A program made the position numbers and the translations under genes. A model generated the notes under the pieces. That model searched no databases. It was not told the DNA's origin and saw nothing but the letters and a program-made list of their open reading frames with translations. A stretch of 64,000 nt of DNA. Origin: Candidatus Hydrogenedentota bacterium (GTDB taxonomy: Bacteria; Hydrogenedentota; Hydrogenedentia; Hydrogenedentales; SLHB01). Where the stretch lies: contig CAXXTH010000023.1 in the NCBI GenBank assembly GCA_963668025.2, forward strand, positions 320,001 through 384,000, written 5' to 3'. Positions 46,712 to 55,785 of the stretch are shown piece after piece (the first letter of the stretch is position 1; every line of letters begins with the position of its first letter).

Positions 46712-48298
46712 ATGAATAAAAACATCAGAGATCAATATAGTTTTGCATTGATATTTTCAATAGGGATGTTTTTACTCGCCATACACGGGAGTGCGGAAGT
46801 GAGAATGCCTCATATTTTCGGCTCGAATATGGTCTTGCAGCAGGGCATGCCGGTTCCGGTTTGGGGATGGGCTGAGCCAGGCGAAGCGGTTTCAGTTCAA
46901 TTCGACGATGTAAATAAAAAAACCACAGCGAATGCAAATGGCGAATGGAAAGTTAAACTACCTTCACGGAAAGTGGGCGAGCCTTGCTCTTTAGTGGCCG
47001 CCGGTAAAGACAACACGCTCCAGTTTGATAACGTACTCGTGGGTGAAGTCTGGTTCTGTTCCGGCCAATCCAACATGGCGATTGGCGTCGGTATGTGCAA
47101 CAATCCCGAACAAGAAATCGCAAACGCCAATTATCCGGATATTCGCCTTTATTCGGTGGAACAGGATGTCAGCGGCATTCCCAATAACGATGCGGGCGGC
47201 GCATGGTATATTTGCACGCCGCAGGCCATTAAAGAAGGTGGAAATCTGAGCTGTGGCGGCTTTTCCGCGGCGGCGTATTATTTTGGCAGGGAACTCCATA
47301 ATGCGTTGGGCGTCCCCGTTGGGCTTATTGAGTCCGCTTGGGGCGGCACTTGCATCGAGCAATGGATTCCGCCGGTAGGATTTGCCGAACAGCCTGGGCT
47401 TGAAGACTTCACAAAAGCCATCAGCCAAGCCAATCAACAATACGCGGAAGACATGAAGCCGTTCTTTCATGATTTCCAGGCATGGAAGAATGAACCGGCC
47501 GGTACGAAAGGGGAGTTTTACATGCCCCGTTTCCGCCTGCCTATACATCCTCTGGAACCTGCATCCTACGGCGGCTTTCCGGCCCAGCCCACGGTCTTAT
47601 TCAACAGCATGGTGAATCCAATACTACCGTTCGCCATACGAGGCGCGCTGTGGTACCAAGGCGAATCGAATAGGGATGACCCATTGTATGGCGAAAAGAT
47701 GCGGGCCCTGATTAACGGCTGGCGCACCGTCTGGGGCGAAGGTGAATTCCCCTTCTATTACGTCCAAATCGCTCCGTTCTCCGGGTATGAAGATACGTAT
47801 GAGCATTTCGGGGCGGACGCCATCCCCATGTTGTGGGAAGATCAAATGTCGGCATTAAATCTGCCCAATACAGGCATTGCTGGCACCTATGACATCACTG
47901 ACTTGAACGACATTCATCCCAAAAACAAGCAAGACGTTGGCAAGCGACTGGCGCTTCAAGCCTTGGCGAAGACCTATGGCCAGAAGGATGTGGTCTATTC
48001 CGGCCCCTTGTATAAATCCATGAAAATGAAAGACGGCAAAGCCGTGCTGCATTTCGACCATGCCGGCGCGGGCTTGATGTCCCGGGATGATAAGCCCCTT
48101 TCGTGGTTCACCATCGCGGGTGAAGATAAGCAATTCGTTCCCGCCGAAGCCCAGATCGTCAAAGACACCGTGGTGGTATCGAGCGATAAGGTCGCCCAGC
48201 CCGCCGCAGTGCGTTTCGGATGGAGCAAAATAGCCGAGCCGAATCTTTCCAACAAAGACGGCCTTCCCGCATTGCCATTCCGCACCGACAAATGGTAA
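46712..48298 (+). CDS. Sialate O-acetylesterase, paralog 2
   Basis: Same motifs and the same length (528 aa). Confidence 0.93.
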   Translation: MNKNIRDQYSFALIFSIGMFLLAIHGSAEVRMPHIFGSNMVLQQGMPVPVWGWAEPGEAVSVQFDDVNKKTTANANGEWKVKLPSRKVGEPCSLVAAGKDNTLQFDNVLVGEVWFCSGQSNMAIGVGMCNNPEQEIANANYPDIRLYSVEQDVSGIPNNDAGGAWYICTPQAIKEGGNLSCGGFSAAAYYFGRELHNALGVPVGLIESAWGGTCIEQWIPPVGFAEQPGLEDFTKAISQANQQYAEDMKPFFHDFQAWKNEPAGTKGEFYMPRFRLPIHPLEPASYGGFPAQPTVLFNSMVNPILPFAIRGALWYQGESNRDDPLYGEKMRALINGWRTVWGEGEFPFYYVQIAPFSGYEDTYEHFGADAIPMLWEDQMSALNLPNTGIAGTYDITDLNDIHPKNKQDVGKRLALQALAKTYGQKDVVYSGPLYKSMKMKDGKAVLHFDHAGAGLMSRDDKPLSWFTIAGEDKQFVPAEAQIVKDTVVVSSDKVAQPAAVRFGWSKIAEPNLSNKDGLPALPFRTDKW

Positions 48299-48303
48299 AG
48301 ACA

Positions 48304-48357
48304 AAAAAAGAAGGGACACCCAAGGCGCTTGCCAAGGATGTCCCTTCTTTTGTTTTT
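48304..48357. terminator. Bidirectional terminator
   Basis: AAAAGAAGGGACA...TGTCCCTTCTTTT between convergent genes. Confidence 0.8.
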
Positions 48358-50597
48358 CACTTCGCGGGGCAGTAAATCACCCGCGCGGCGAAAGGCTCGA
48401 GCGCACCCTCGATTATGCCGCTGCCTGCTTCTTTCCAGGATGGATTATCCGGCCAGAGGAGTTCACTCGGTTTTCCCTTGCTCCCCGTATTGAGTTTAAA
48501 GGAAGCCTGCTGGGTCCAGCTTTCATTCAGGAGCACAAAGATATCTCCTTGCTTGCTGCTGAGCCGGCGGCAGACGATAGCGCCTGTGGGCGTGGCGTCG
48601 AGTGTCCAACGAGCCGGCTGGATGTAAGGCTTGAGCACGCTGGCCATGGCTTCATAACATGCCGGATCGGTATTATGCGGCAAGGCCATCATGCCAAATA
48701 GCGTTCCGCTCCACAAGGCGTGGCCCTTGCCAAAGTCGTTGGCGGTGATCAGCGGACGCCCCTTGTAATCGTTGAAAAGTGTCTTGGCCGTGCTGGTTTG
48801 GACGGGTTGCAGCGTATATGTGCACCGCATGGCCGTGGGCTGCCCATTTGCATCAAGGATGGGCTCATTGCCTCGTCCTTCGCCCACTACTTCAAACGTC
48901 TGCGTATGCAGCCCCAGCGCTTCGTCCATGCCTGCGCCCGGCTGGACCCGGAAGGGGTCACCATTGGGCTGCGAGAACGCAGTCAACGCATCGCACAAAA
49001 TCGTTCCGCCTGCTTTGGCATAGCCGCACAAGAGTTCTGCTTCTTCCTTGCTCATGGCCATCATATAGGGCACATAAATGACCTGATACTTCTTTCCGTC
49101 TCCCTCGCGAAGCCCCCGGATGTCAATGAAGTCACAACCTACCCCCGCTTTGCGCATGGCCTTGAAGAAGGCGTAATGATTCTGTGCAAACCAAGTGGAC
49201 TGGGGATCTTTTTTAGTTCGGGCGCGTAATTCGAGGTAAATAGCCCCGTCCATGGAGTCATAAATCGCCACAGGCGCCTGTTCCGGCTTCATGCTAAACA
49301 GCAGGTCGTTGTAGTCCCGCACCATTTTCCCGAACCGGGAAGCCATTTTCGAGCGATCCGTGGGCGAACCATCGAGGTTGCGCAAACTCCACGCCCCTGC
49401 GTTCGGCCCGTCCAGAAGGGGATTCCACAGCCAATACAGGAAACCTTTGGAGCCTTCGGCCAAATGAATGACATCCGTGGCAAGAATCTCATCGGCTGTT
49501 GGGGAATACCGTCGAATGCCTTCTCCGTATTCAGGACCAGCCAGGAATTCGCCCGTGATGGACACGCGGCCCCGCGCAGTAGAATACAGTTTTCGAATGC
49601 ACGCGGCTTGGGCGGAGAAAACATCCAAAGGCATATCGGCCAAATCAAGATGCCAATGGGTTTCCATTTGCATGCTCGGGACATCCAAGGTATCGCTTAT
49701 CCACCACAGATTTCGGGACAAGCTGATCGGCTGATTCGGCAGCACATCGTAAGGCGTGGCTGAAACGGGATGGACTTTGTCCAAATCCCGAACAGCCTGC
49801 ACCTGGTATTCGACCAATTCGTTATTCATGTAACAGTTGAAGGTATACCAATCGTTGGCTGGGCCGAAATTATTCCAGAGCCCCCAGTCGGCGCTGGAGT
49901 ACTCAGGCTCCAGTTTGAGGTTGCCCACGACTGGGGCGAGCACAGGGCCTGTCGGAATGGTTTTGCTGCCCGGATACGAAATCGTGCCGGGGTGGGCCTT
50001 GATGTAATCCTCTAGCGTGGGGTACTTAATTCTGACCCATTGATTGAAGCGATCAACAGTGAGTGGTGAAAGGTTCTCGTCGGCTTTCACATAACGCACG
50101 CCCTCCACATCGGGCGTCCAATACAACAACGCAGGTTCACCTTTGTAGCGCTGGACAAACTGCGTGATATAGTTTTTCCATGCTTCCCGAGGGGCCGGAT
50201 CATCCGCTTTGCCGTAGGCATAGCCATTAACGGAATACAAGGCGAGATTGATCTTAATGCCATGCTTCTTTGCTGCTTTAAAGCACGCATCATATTTGTC
50301 GTACGCCTCTTGGGGCGCCGGTTTATCCAAATCACGCCACATCCACATCGCCAAACGGACAAAGTTGATGTTGTCCTCCTCGGCCATCGTTTTGAAATCT
50401 TTGGCAATCGTCTCTACGGTGGATTCGTCGTTAATCCAATACTGCGTGCCATGAAGCCACCCGAAATCTACATTGCGCGTATAGGGTTTTGCCGTGGGAG
50501 GTTCCCAATTGGGCTGGCCGCCGGCCTGCGCCAGCATGGCGGGGAAGGCCAAGGCGGCGGCTAGTAGAAAGGTAAACGTTTTCTGCCCTGTCGTCAT
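48357..50597 (-). CDS. Secreted GH42-like beta-galactosidase-family protein
   Basis: Signal peptide; INFVRLAM, GSKGFLYWLW and a C-terminal trimerisation domain (YAKAGGTILCD, NDFGKGHALW). Confidence 0.75.
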   Translation of the reverse strand: MTTGQKTFTFLLAAALAFPAMLAQAGGQPNWEPPTAKPYTRNVDFGWLHGTQYWINDESTVETIAKDFKTMAEEDNINFVRLAMWMWRDLDKPAPQEAYDKYDACFKAAKKHGIKINLALYSVNGYAYGKADDPAPREAWKNYITQFVQRYKGEPALLYWTPDVEGVRYVKADENLSPLTVDRFNQWVRIKYPTLEDYIKAHPGTISYPGSKTIPTGPVLAPVVGNLKLEPEYSSADWGLWNNFGPANDWYTFNCYMNNELVEYQVQAVRDLDKVHPVSATPYDVLPNQPISLSRNLWWISDTLDVPSMQMETHWHLDLADMPLDVFSAQAACIRKLYSTARGRVSITGEFLAGPEYGEGIRRYSPTADEILATDVIHLAEGSKGFLYWLWNPLLDGPNAGAWSLRNLDGSPTDRSKMASRFGKMVRDYNDLLFSMKPEQAPVAIYDSMDGAIYLELRARTKKDPQSTWFAQNHYAFFKAMRKAGVGCDFIDIRGLREGDGKKYQVIYVPYMMAMSKEEAELLCGYAKAGGTILCDALTAFSQPNGDPFRVQPGAGMDEALGLHTQTFEVVGEGRGNEPILDANGQPTAMRCTYTLQPVQTSTAKTLFNDYKGRPLITANDFGKGHALWSGTLFGMMALPHNTDPACYEAMASVLKPYIQPARWTLDATPTGAIVCRRLSSKQGDIFVLLNESWTQQASFKLNTGSKGKPSELLWPDNPSWKEAGSGIIEGALEPFAARVIYCPAK

Positions 50598-50785
50598 GCC
50601 AAGTCTCCTTTCGGTTGATGGATGATTTCTGCGAACGTGGATCGTGTTTCAGCTATCTCTGCCCAAGCTCCAATCTACATTGGTTGGTGCTTGGATTGCA
50701 ATGTCGCCTGAAGAGATAGGAAGACGGCGGCGGTTTATGAATAGGCAAATACGTAATGGTTTATTTGGGTTCGGCCTCTGTTTTT

Positions 50786-51547
50786 TTAGGATTTGTCGCT
50801 GCTTGGCGAAAATATAGGCGTCCGCACCATCCCCATCCGGGCCAGCCGGAACGTGGCGGCCGTGGACAGGCAGCCGAAGCCATAGCGCACACTACGCCGG
50901 AAGTTGATGGATGACGCCTCCGCGAAATAGAGCGTCGGACAGGTCACCTCCGCAATCGTGTAATCCAGCCACAGGATCTGCGCCAGCATCTGGTTGTCAA
51001 AAACGAAATCATTCGAGTTGGCTTCAAGCGGGAGCCGTTCGAGCAGTTCGCGCGAGAACGCCCGGTAGCCGGTGTGGTACTCCGACAGCTTCGCGCCCAT
51101 CAGCACATTTTCGGCCAGCGTCAGAAACCGGTTCGACACATATTTCCACACTGGCATGCCGTCTCGCATGGCGCGCCCGCCCAGAATGCGCGAACCCAGC
51201 ACGCAATGGTATAGCCCATTCCCGATGAGGCATGCCATGGCCGGGATCAGCTTGGGCGTGTATTGGTAATCCGGATGCACCATGATGATGATATCCGCGC
51301 CGAGTTCAAGGGCCATGCGGTAGCAGGTTTTCTGATTGCCCCCATATCCCAGGTTGTGCTCATGGGTATGGACATGCGTTTGGGGCAGCGTGCGCGCAAT
51401 GTCCACTGTATGGTCCTTGCTTGCGTCATCCACCAGCACCACCTCGTCCACGACGCCTTGCGCCATGACTTCCTCATGCGTCCGCTGGAGTGTGGCCTCG
51501 GCATTATACGCGGGCATCACCACGACAACCTTTTTATTCCCAAACAT
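50786..51547 (-). CDS. GT2 glycosyltransferase (DPM1-like)
   Basis: VVVVMPAYNAEATL, LVDDAS.D, NLGYGGNQKTCY, MVHPDYQY; start MFGNKK after GGAGG. Confidence 0.92.
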   Translation of the reverse strand: MFGNKKVVVVMPAYNAEATLQRTHEEVMAQGVVDEVVLVDDASKDHTVDIARTLPQTHVHTHEHNLGYGGNQKTCYRMALELGADIIIMVHPDYQYTPKLIPAMACLIGNGLYHCVLGSRILGGRAMRDGMPVWKYVSNRFLTLAENVLMGAKLSEYHTGYRAFSRELLERLPLEANSNDFVFDNQMLAQILWLDYTIAEVTCPTLYFAEASSINFRRSVRYGFGCLSTAATFRLARMGMVRTPIFSPSSDKS

Positions 51548-51794
51548 ACCACATCCTCCCGCTACTTCATGCCTGGCTTGTGTTTTTCCCTCACGGAATG
51601 CTGATTCGGCTAAGACTACCCTCTGGGAGAGCCGCGCTGCAAGCCCGCTCGTGAAAAAAATGGGTATTTTCAGCCTAATCTCCGGGCAAGGCCCCTCATT
51701 TTCTGACAAACAGGCGCATTAGCTCGAACAAGCAGGCATCGTTATCGTGTAACATGGAATGCGCAGGCTCCCCTGCTTGGTGGAGTTGAGTCAT

Positions 51795-51850
51795 TTTCAA
51801 CGCACAAGGCGCAAAGAAACTTCGTCATATTCACCCCTTCGCGCGTGAGA
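51795..51850. repeat. Degenerate type A palindrome
   Basis: CGCACAAGGCGCAAAGAAACTTCGTCAT...TTCGCGCGTGAGA. Confidence 0.6.
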
Positions 51851-51960
51851 CTTACTCCAGCAGGCCTGGGCCGAGAGTAGTATGAATGTAGTAGCAGGCG
51901 TCCACGACCGATTTGGCTATTTCATTTTCAGTCATGCCGTCTCTCCCGTCGACTTTTTTA

Positions 51961-52036
51961 TCTCACGCAAAGGCGCTAAGGCGCAAAGAAACCTTGTCAT
52001 GCCCCCCCCTTTGCGCCTTCGCGCCTTTGCGTGAGA
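51961..52036. repeat. Type A palindrome, inverted relative to the copy at 14157
   Basis: TCTCACGCAAAGGCGCTAAGGCGCAAAG-AAACCTTGTCATGC8-TTTGCGCCTTCGCGCCTTTGCGTGAGA. Confidence 0.9.
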
Positions 52037-52152
52037 AATTCTTTTCGTATCAATTAGCCGGAATAACTCCCGATTTTTTCCATATAACTACCCCTATGCT
52101 TCATCATGGTCTATTATCCATGGATAGAATAAAAGCATCCTTTTCTGTTGGC

Positions 52153-53883
52153 TTATTTGTTCGCTTTTTTCTTTTTTTCTTTGTATTCTTTGTATTCTTT
52201 GTATTCTTTATATTCTTTATATTTTAGGCCATTAGCGTCGGGGTCAGGCGTAATAGCTCCCGATTTTATCAATTCTTCCATTCGTTGATTTGGATGCACC
52301 GCAGATGAAAAATCAAAGTTTAACTCGGTGATTTGTCCATCCCGCAGAATCACGCGCTGGCAAATTGGCTTGGGATCTGCTTCCACCCCTTCTATTATTG
52401 ATATCATTCCAGAACTACAGAACGCAACCACATCATACTCTCCAGGAGGCAGGTTCAGGATCTCGAACTGGCTGCCTCCACCAGCATCCCAAGTTGTAGC
52501 AACGAGCCCTTTGTCATTCTCAGGCCCGGAGTTGGTGGGCGCTGTACCGGCGTCATAGACTTTGATGGTATAAGAGAAGTCATCTGCTTTGGCATAAGTG
52601 CCCCGGATGCCGCATGAGCCCATGATATCTATGTTCGCTCGCACTGTATCTCCCGGCGGCACATTGACTGTCATATGGTTTCCTGATGTCGTATCCGCAT
52701 TGTAGGCATTCGTAAACTGGTATTCCGCTCTAACTAGGTACGAACCAGCAGCTAGATTATCTATAGTAAAGGAGCCATCTGCTAATGTGATGGGCATTGC
52801 TGTTCTTGAACGATGGACGATATTGCCATCGGGATCAAGCTGCTTTATCGAGACCTTCACGTGCTTCGCCAGAGGTATTCCATCTTTTAGCACATCGTCC
52901 TTGAGCGGAACTCCATTCACGGTGACATAACCTTCGATGCGTCCAAATCCATCCAGGTAGATAATGCCCAGGTCGGTGTCTTCGCCGGAGGTTATCGTGA
53001 TGTCCGGCAGTTCCTGGGCCACATAGCCAAATGATGCGACGGATATCTTCGCCACGCCGGGCTCTAGATGGGTGATCTGAAAACGCCCCTCCCCCAAGTC
53101 ACACTTGGGTACGCCCGTTAAACCATCCGCGCCGTCGTTTCGGGTTAATTCCAGCACGCACGAATGAAAATCGTCGAAAGGTTTCTTGGAGTAACTCTTG
53201 CACACCTGCCCGGAGATAGTGCCAAGTTTGATCACATGCACTTGCAACTTTTTGTTGCTGGGCTCCATTCCCGTGAGATGGCCCTCCTGGTATTCCTCAT
53301 GGGTGAAACTCAACGCGAGTTTGCCCTCCGGCAGACCCATCAAGCGGAAATCGCCCTTGGCATTGGTGGTGGTTTTCGCGAATATCCCGTTGGTGCCGCC
53401 TACGAGCGCCACTTGGACGCCTTCGACGGGGGCGTCGGATATAGAGTCCTTCACATTCCCTGCGATAACGCTCTTTTCCGGATTAGGAATGCGCACGTTT
53501 ACGTTCTCGATAGGCTCGTTTTCCCGCAACGTACATGCACGGTTTTGGGCGGGCAGCCGGTACAAGGTGGTGTCTTGCATGCACGACACATAAAACAGAT
53601 ATCTCCCGGGGGCGATATCATGAATGCTGAACCGGCCTTCAGGATCGCACTGGACAGGAATAGAGGCTTGCACGCCCTCGGAACTGGCGAGTTCCACCCA
53701 GACGCCCTCGAGCGCGTTACCCGAGATATCCGTCACCTGGCCCGTCACCCAGGTATCGTCTGGCGTCTCTGGCGAAGCCGTAACTTGCGCGGCTTGCAAG
53801 GTTTCATGCGATGTACAGACCAAGAACGCCAAAAGCCCGGCCGCCGCCACGGTCACCAGCATGGATGCAACACGTAATCGCAT
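52153..53883 (-). CDS. Secreted carboxypeptidase-regulatory-like repeat protein, intact paralog with a (KEY)n tail
   Basis: N-terminal hydrophobic helix; repeated G.V.D/TT...G.F motifs; paralog of 12511..14143. Confidence 0.85.
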   Translation of the reverse strand: MRLRVASMLVTVAAAGLLAFLVCTSHETLQAAQVTASPETPDDTWVTGQVTDISGNALEGVWVELASSEGVQASIPVQCDPEGRFSIHDIAPGRYLFYVSCMQDTTLYRLPAQNRACTLRENEPIENVNVRIPNPEKSVIAGNVKDSISDAPVEGVQVALVGGTNGIFAKTTTNAKGDFRLMGLPEGKLALSFTHEEYQEGHLTGMEPSNKKLQVHVIKLGTISGQVCKSYSKKPFDDFHSCVLELTRNDGADGLTGVPKCDLGEGRFQITHLEPGVAKISVASFGYVAQELPDITITSGEDTDLGIIYLDGFGRIEGYVTVNGVPLKDDVLKDGIPLAKHVKVSIKQLDPDGNIVHRSRTAMPITLADGSFTIDNLAAGSYLVRAEYQFTNAYNADTTSGNHMTVNVPPGDTVRANIDIMGSCGIRGTYAKADDFSYTIKVYDAGTAPTNSGPENDKGLVATTWDAGGGSQFEILNLPPGEYDVVAFCSSGMISIIEGVEADPKPICQRVILRDGQITELNFDFSSAVHPNQRMEELIKSGAITPDPDANGLKYKEYKEYKEYKEYKEKKKKANK

Positions 53884-53970
53884 GGCCCGCCCTTTCTGTA
53901 GCAGTTAAATTCTGTTAGCCAGAGTAAAGTGGCTTTTTGATGATGCACAAAGATTAACCGTTTTTTGGGG

Positions 53971-54101
53971 TTCATGCAAAGGCACAAGGCGCGAACGCAA
54001 AGTATCTTAGCGCTACGTAGCAGCAACCATAGATCCAGATTTAACCACGAAATACACTAAATACACTAAAATGTAAAGCGTAGGGTGGGGCTTGCCCCAC
54101 C
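53971..54101. repeat. Repeat cluster: type A half-site, copy of the 24847 repeat and a GTAG-type REP
   Basis: TTCATGCAAAGGCACAAGGCGCGAACGCAAAG; TTTAACCACGAAATACACTAAATACACTAAAAT; GTAGGGTGGGGCTTGCCCCACC. Confidence 0.75.
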
Positions 54102-54538
54102 AGTCAAAGGAAGAGCCGGCCAAAACATCATAAAAGACGTATGCCATAACAACTTGATTCCATTTTACTTACACAGAAAATCCTTGCAAGAAAACAAGAT
54201 TTTGTTTGGTGGCGTTGCAAAAATACATTCTTCTCTATTTCCGCCAATATAGTTTATTCTCGATTGTGCGAAGAAACTGTTTGAAAGAAAGAATTTCCGA
54301 TTTTGCGGAGCTCCGCGTTTTCCTCACCTCTGTGTTAAAAAAATGATCGTCTATATCGAGTTGTAAAGATATCAAGTATGATACAAACAACCTTATCCGG
54401 CGATTTGGGTTTGTATTTTATGCTGTATGTATCCCCCCCGATTGCCGTATACTGATTCGCTTTGCGGCGTGGCGGGGCATCGTGGCTCATTGCTAGAAAA
54501 ATAAGAACGCCGCAATTTCCAACCACAGGAGAGTTTAC

Positions 54539-55708
54539 ATGAAGATGCACACAAGCAGGCCGTTTGGCGTGCTGCTGGCCGCCGCTGTTATCGGATTCGG
54601 CCTGATAGCCCTGTACGCCAATGCACAAGACGCCGAACCAGCCGCTACTGAATCCGCGCAACCTCCGGCGAGCAATGTCACGGTGGAATCCGCGCCATCT
54701 CCAGCGGGAGATGTCTCGGTGGAATCCGCCGCCCCTGCCATTCCGGATACAGTAGCCGATGTGGGTGGCGATAAAATCACGAGCGAAGAGTTCAAACGCA
54801 TTTTGAACAGCAATAAGCAAAGCATGGAAGCGCAAGGCATGCCTTCTACGCTTTCGGATGAACAACAGCGCAGGCTCGTGAATAGCATGATCGACCAGCG
54901 CGTTCTTCTTAGCTTAGCTGCTAAAGCGAATATCGTGGCGGCGGATGCCGATGTGGAAGCGGAAATCGCCCAAATGAAAACGCAGTTGCCCTCGGAAGAC
55001 ATGTTTCCCGCCGCATTAGCCCAAATGGGCGTTACGGTGGATGAATTTACGGCAACAGTTCGCAAACAATTGGCCGTCGAAAAATATATCGAAAACGCGA
55101 CGAAGGATCTCGCCCTGACGGATCAAGAGATGACGGAAGGGTATGAAAAGCTCAAAGCGAAGGGCCAGCTCGATAGGCCTGAAGAGACATTCGACGTTTC
55201 CCACATCCTCGTGAAAGTGGATGGCAAAGACGAAGCAAAATGGGAAGAAGGCAAGAAAAAAATCGATGCCGCCCGTGAACGGATTACAAAAGGCGAAGCG
55301 TTTGCGGATGTAGCGAAGGAAGTATCGGAAGATCCCGGCTCGGCTAAAGATGGCGGCGCGTATACCGATGTTGCTAAGGGCATGATGGTTCCCGAGTTTG
55401 ATAAGGCCATGGCAGAGACGCCGATAGGCCAGATCAGCGAACCTTTCCGCACCGAATTCGGCTGGCACATTCTCACCGTAACAGGCAAGAATGCCCCTGG
55501 CACGGCGACGATGGAAGAAGTGAAGGACCGGCTTGAGCAGTATCTGATGAATAGCAAGAAAAAAGAAGCCGTGGCCAAACTGCTTTCAGACGCTAAAGCT
55601 GGTATGGACATCAAAGTGTATTATCCGGCTGCGAAGCCTGCGGACGCCGCCCAGCCGGCTCCTGCCGCTGATGCCGCTGCCCCAGCCGCCATGCTCGAAG
55701 CGCAATAA
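54539..55708 (+). CDS. Parvulin-type peptidyl-prolyl isomerase (SurA/PrsA-like foldase)
   Basis: VSHILVK, FADVAKEVSEDPGSAKDGG, MVPEFDKA, ISEPFRTEFGWHIL. Confidence 0.92.
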   Translation: MKMHTSRPFGVLLAAAVIGFGLIALYANAQDAEPAATESAQPPASNVTVESAPSPAGDVSVESAAPAIPDTVADVGGDKITSEEFKRILNSNKQSMEAQGMPSTLSDEQQRRLVNSMIDQRVLLSLAAKANIVAADADVEAEIAQMKTQLPSEDMFPAALAQMGVTVDEFTATVRKQLAVEKYIENATKDLALTDQEMTEGYEKLKAKGQLDRPEETFDVSHILVKVDGKDEAKWEEGKKKIDAARERITKGEAFADVAKEVSEDPGSAKDGGAYTDVAKGMMVPEFDKAMAETPIGQISEPFRTEFGWHILTVTGKNAPGTATMEEVKDRLEQYLMNSKKKEAVAKLLSDAKAGMDIKVYYPAAKPADAAQPAPAADAAAPAAMLEAQ

Positions 55709-55734
55709 GCGCACCTCGATTACGTGACAACCGA

Positions 55735-55769
55735 AAGGGAGCCGTCTAGATCCAGACGGCTCCCTTCTT
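55735..55769. terminator. Terminator between convergent genes
   Basis: AAGGGAGCCGTCT-AGATCC-AGACGGCTCCCTT. Confidence 0.8.
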
Positions 55770-55785
55770 GCTTGATAGAGCGGAA

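Noticed and set aside
12511-53883. Diversity-generating retroelement behind the variable C-termini
   Set aside because: No reverse transcriptase in the window; differences include indels and are not adenine-specific
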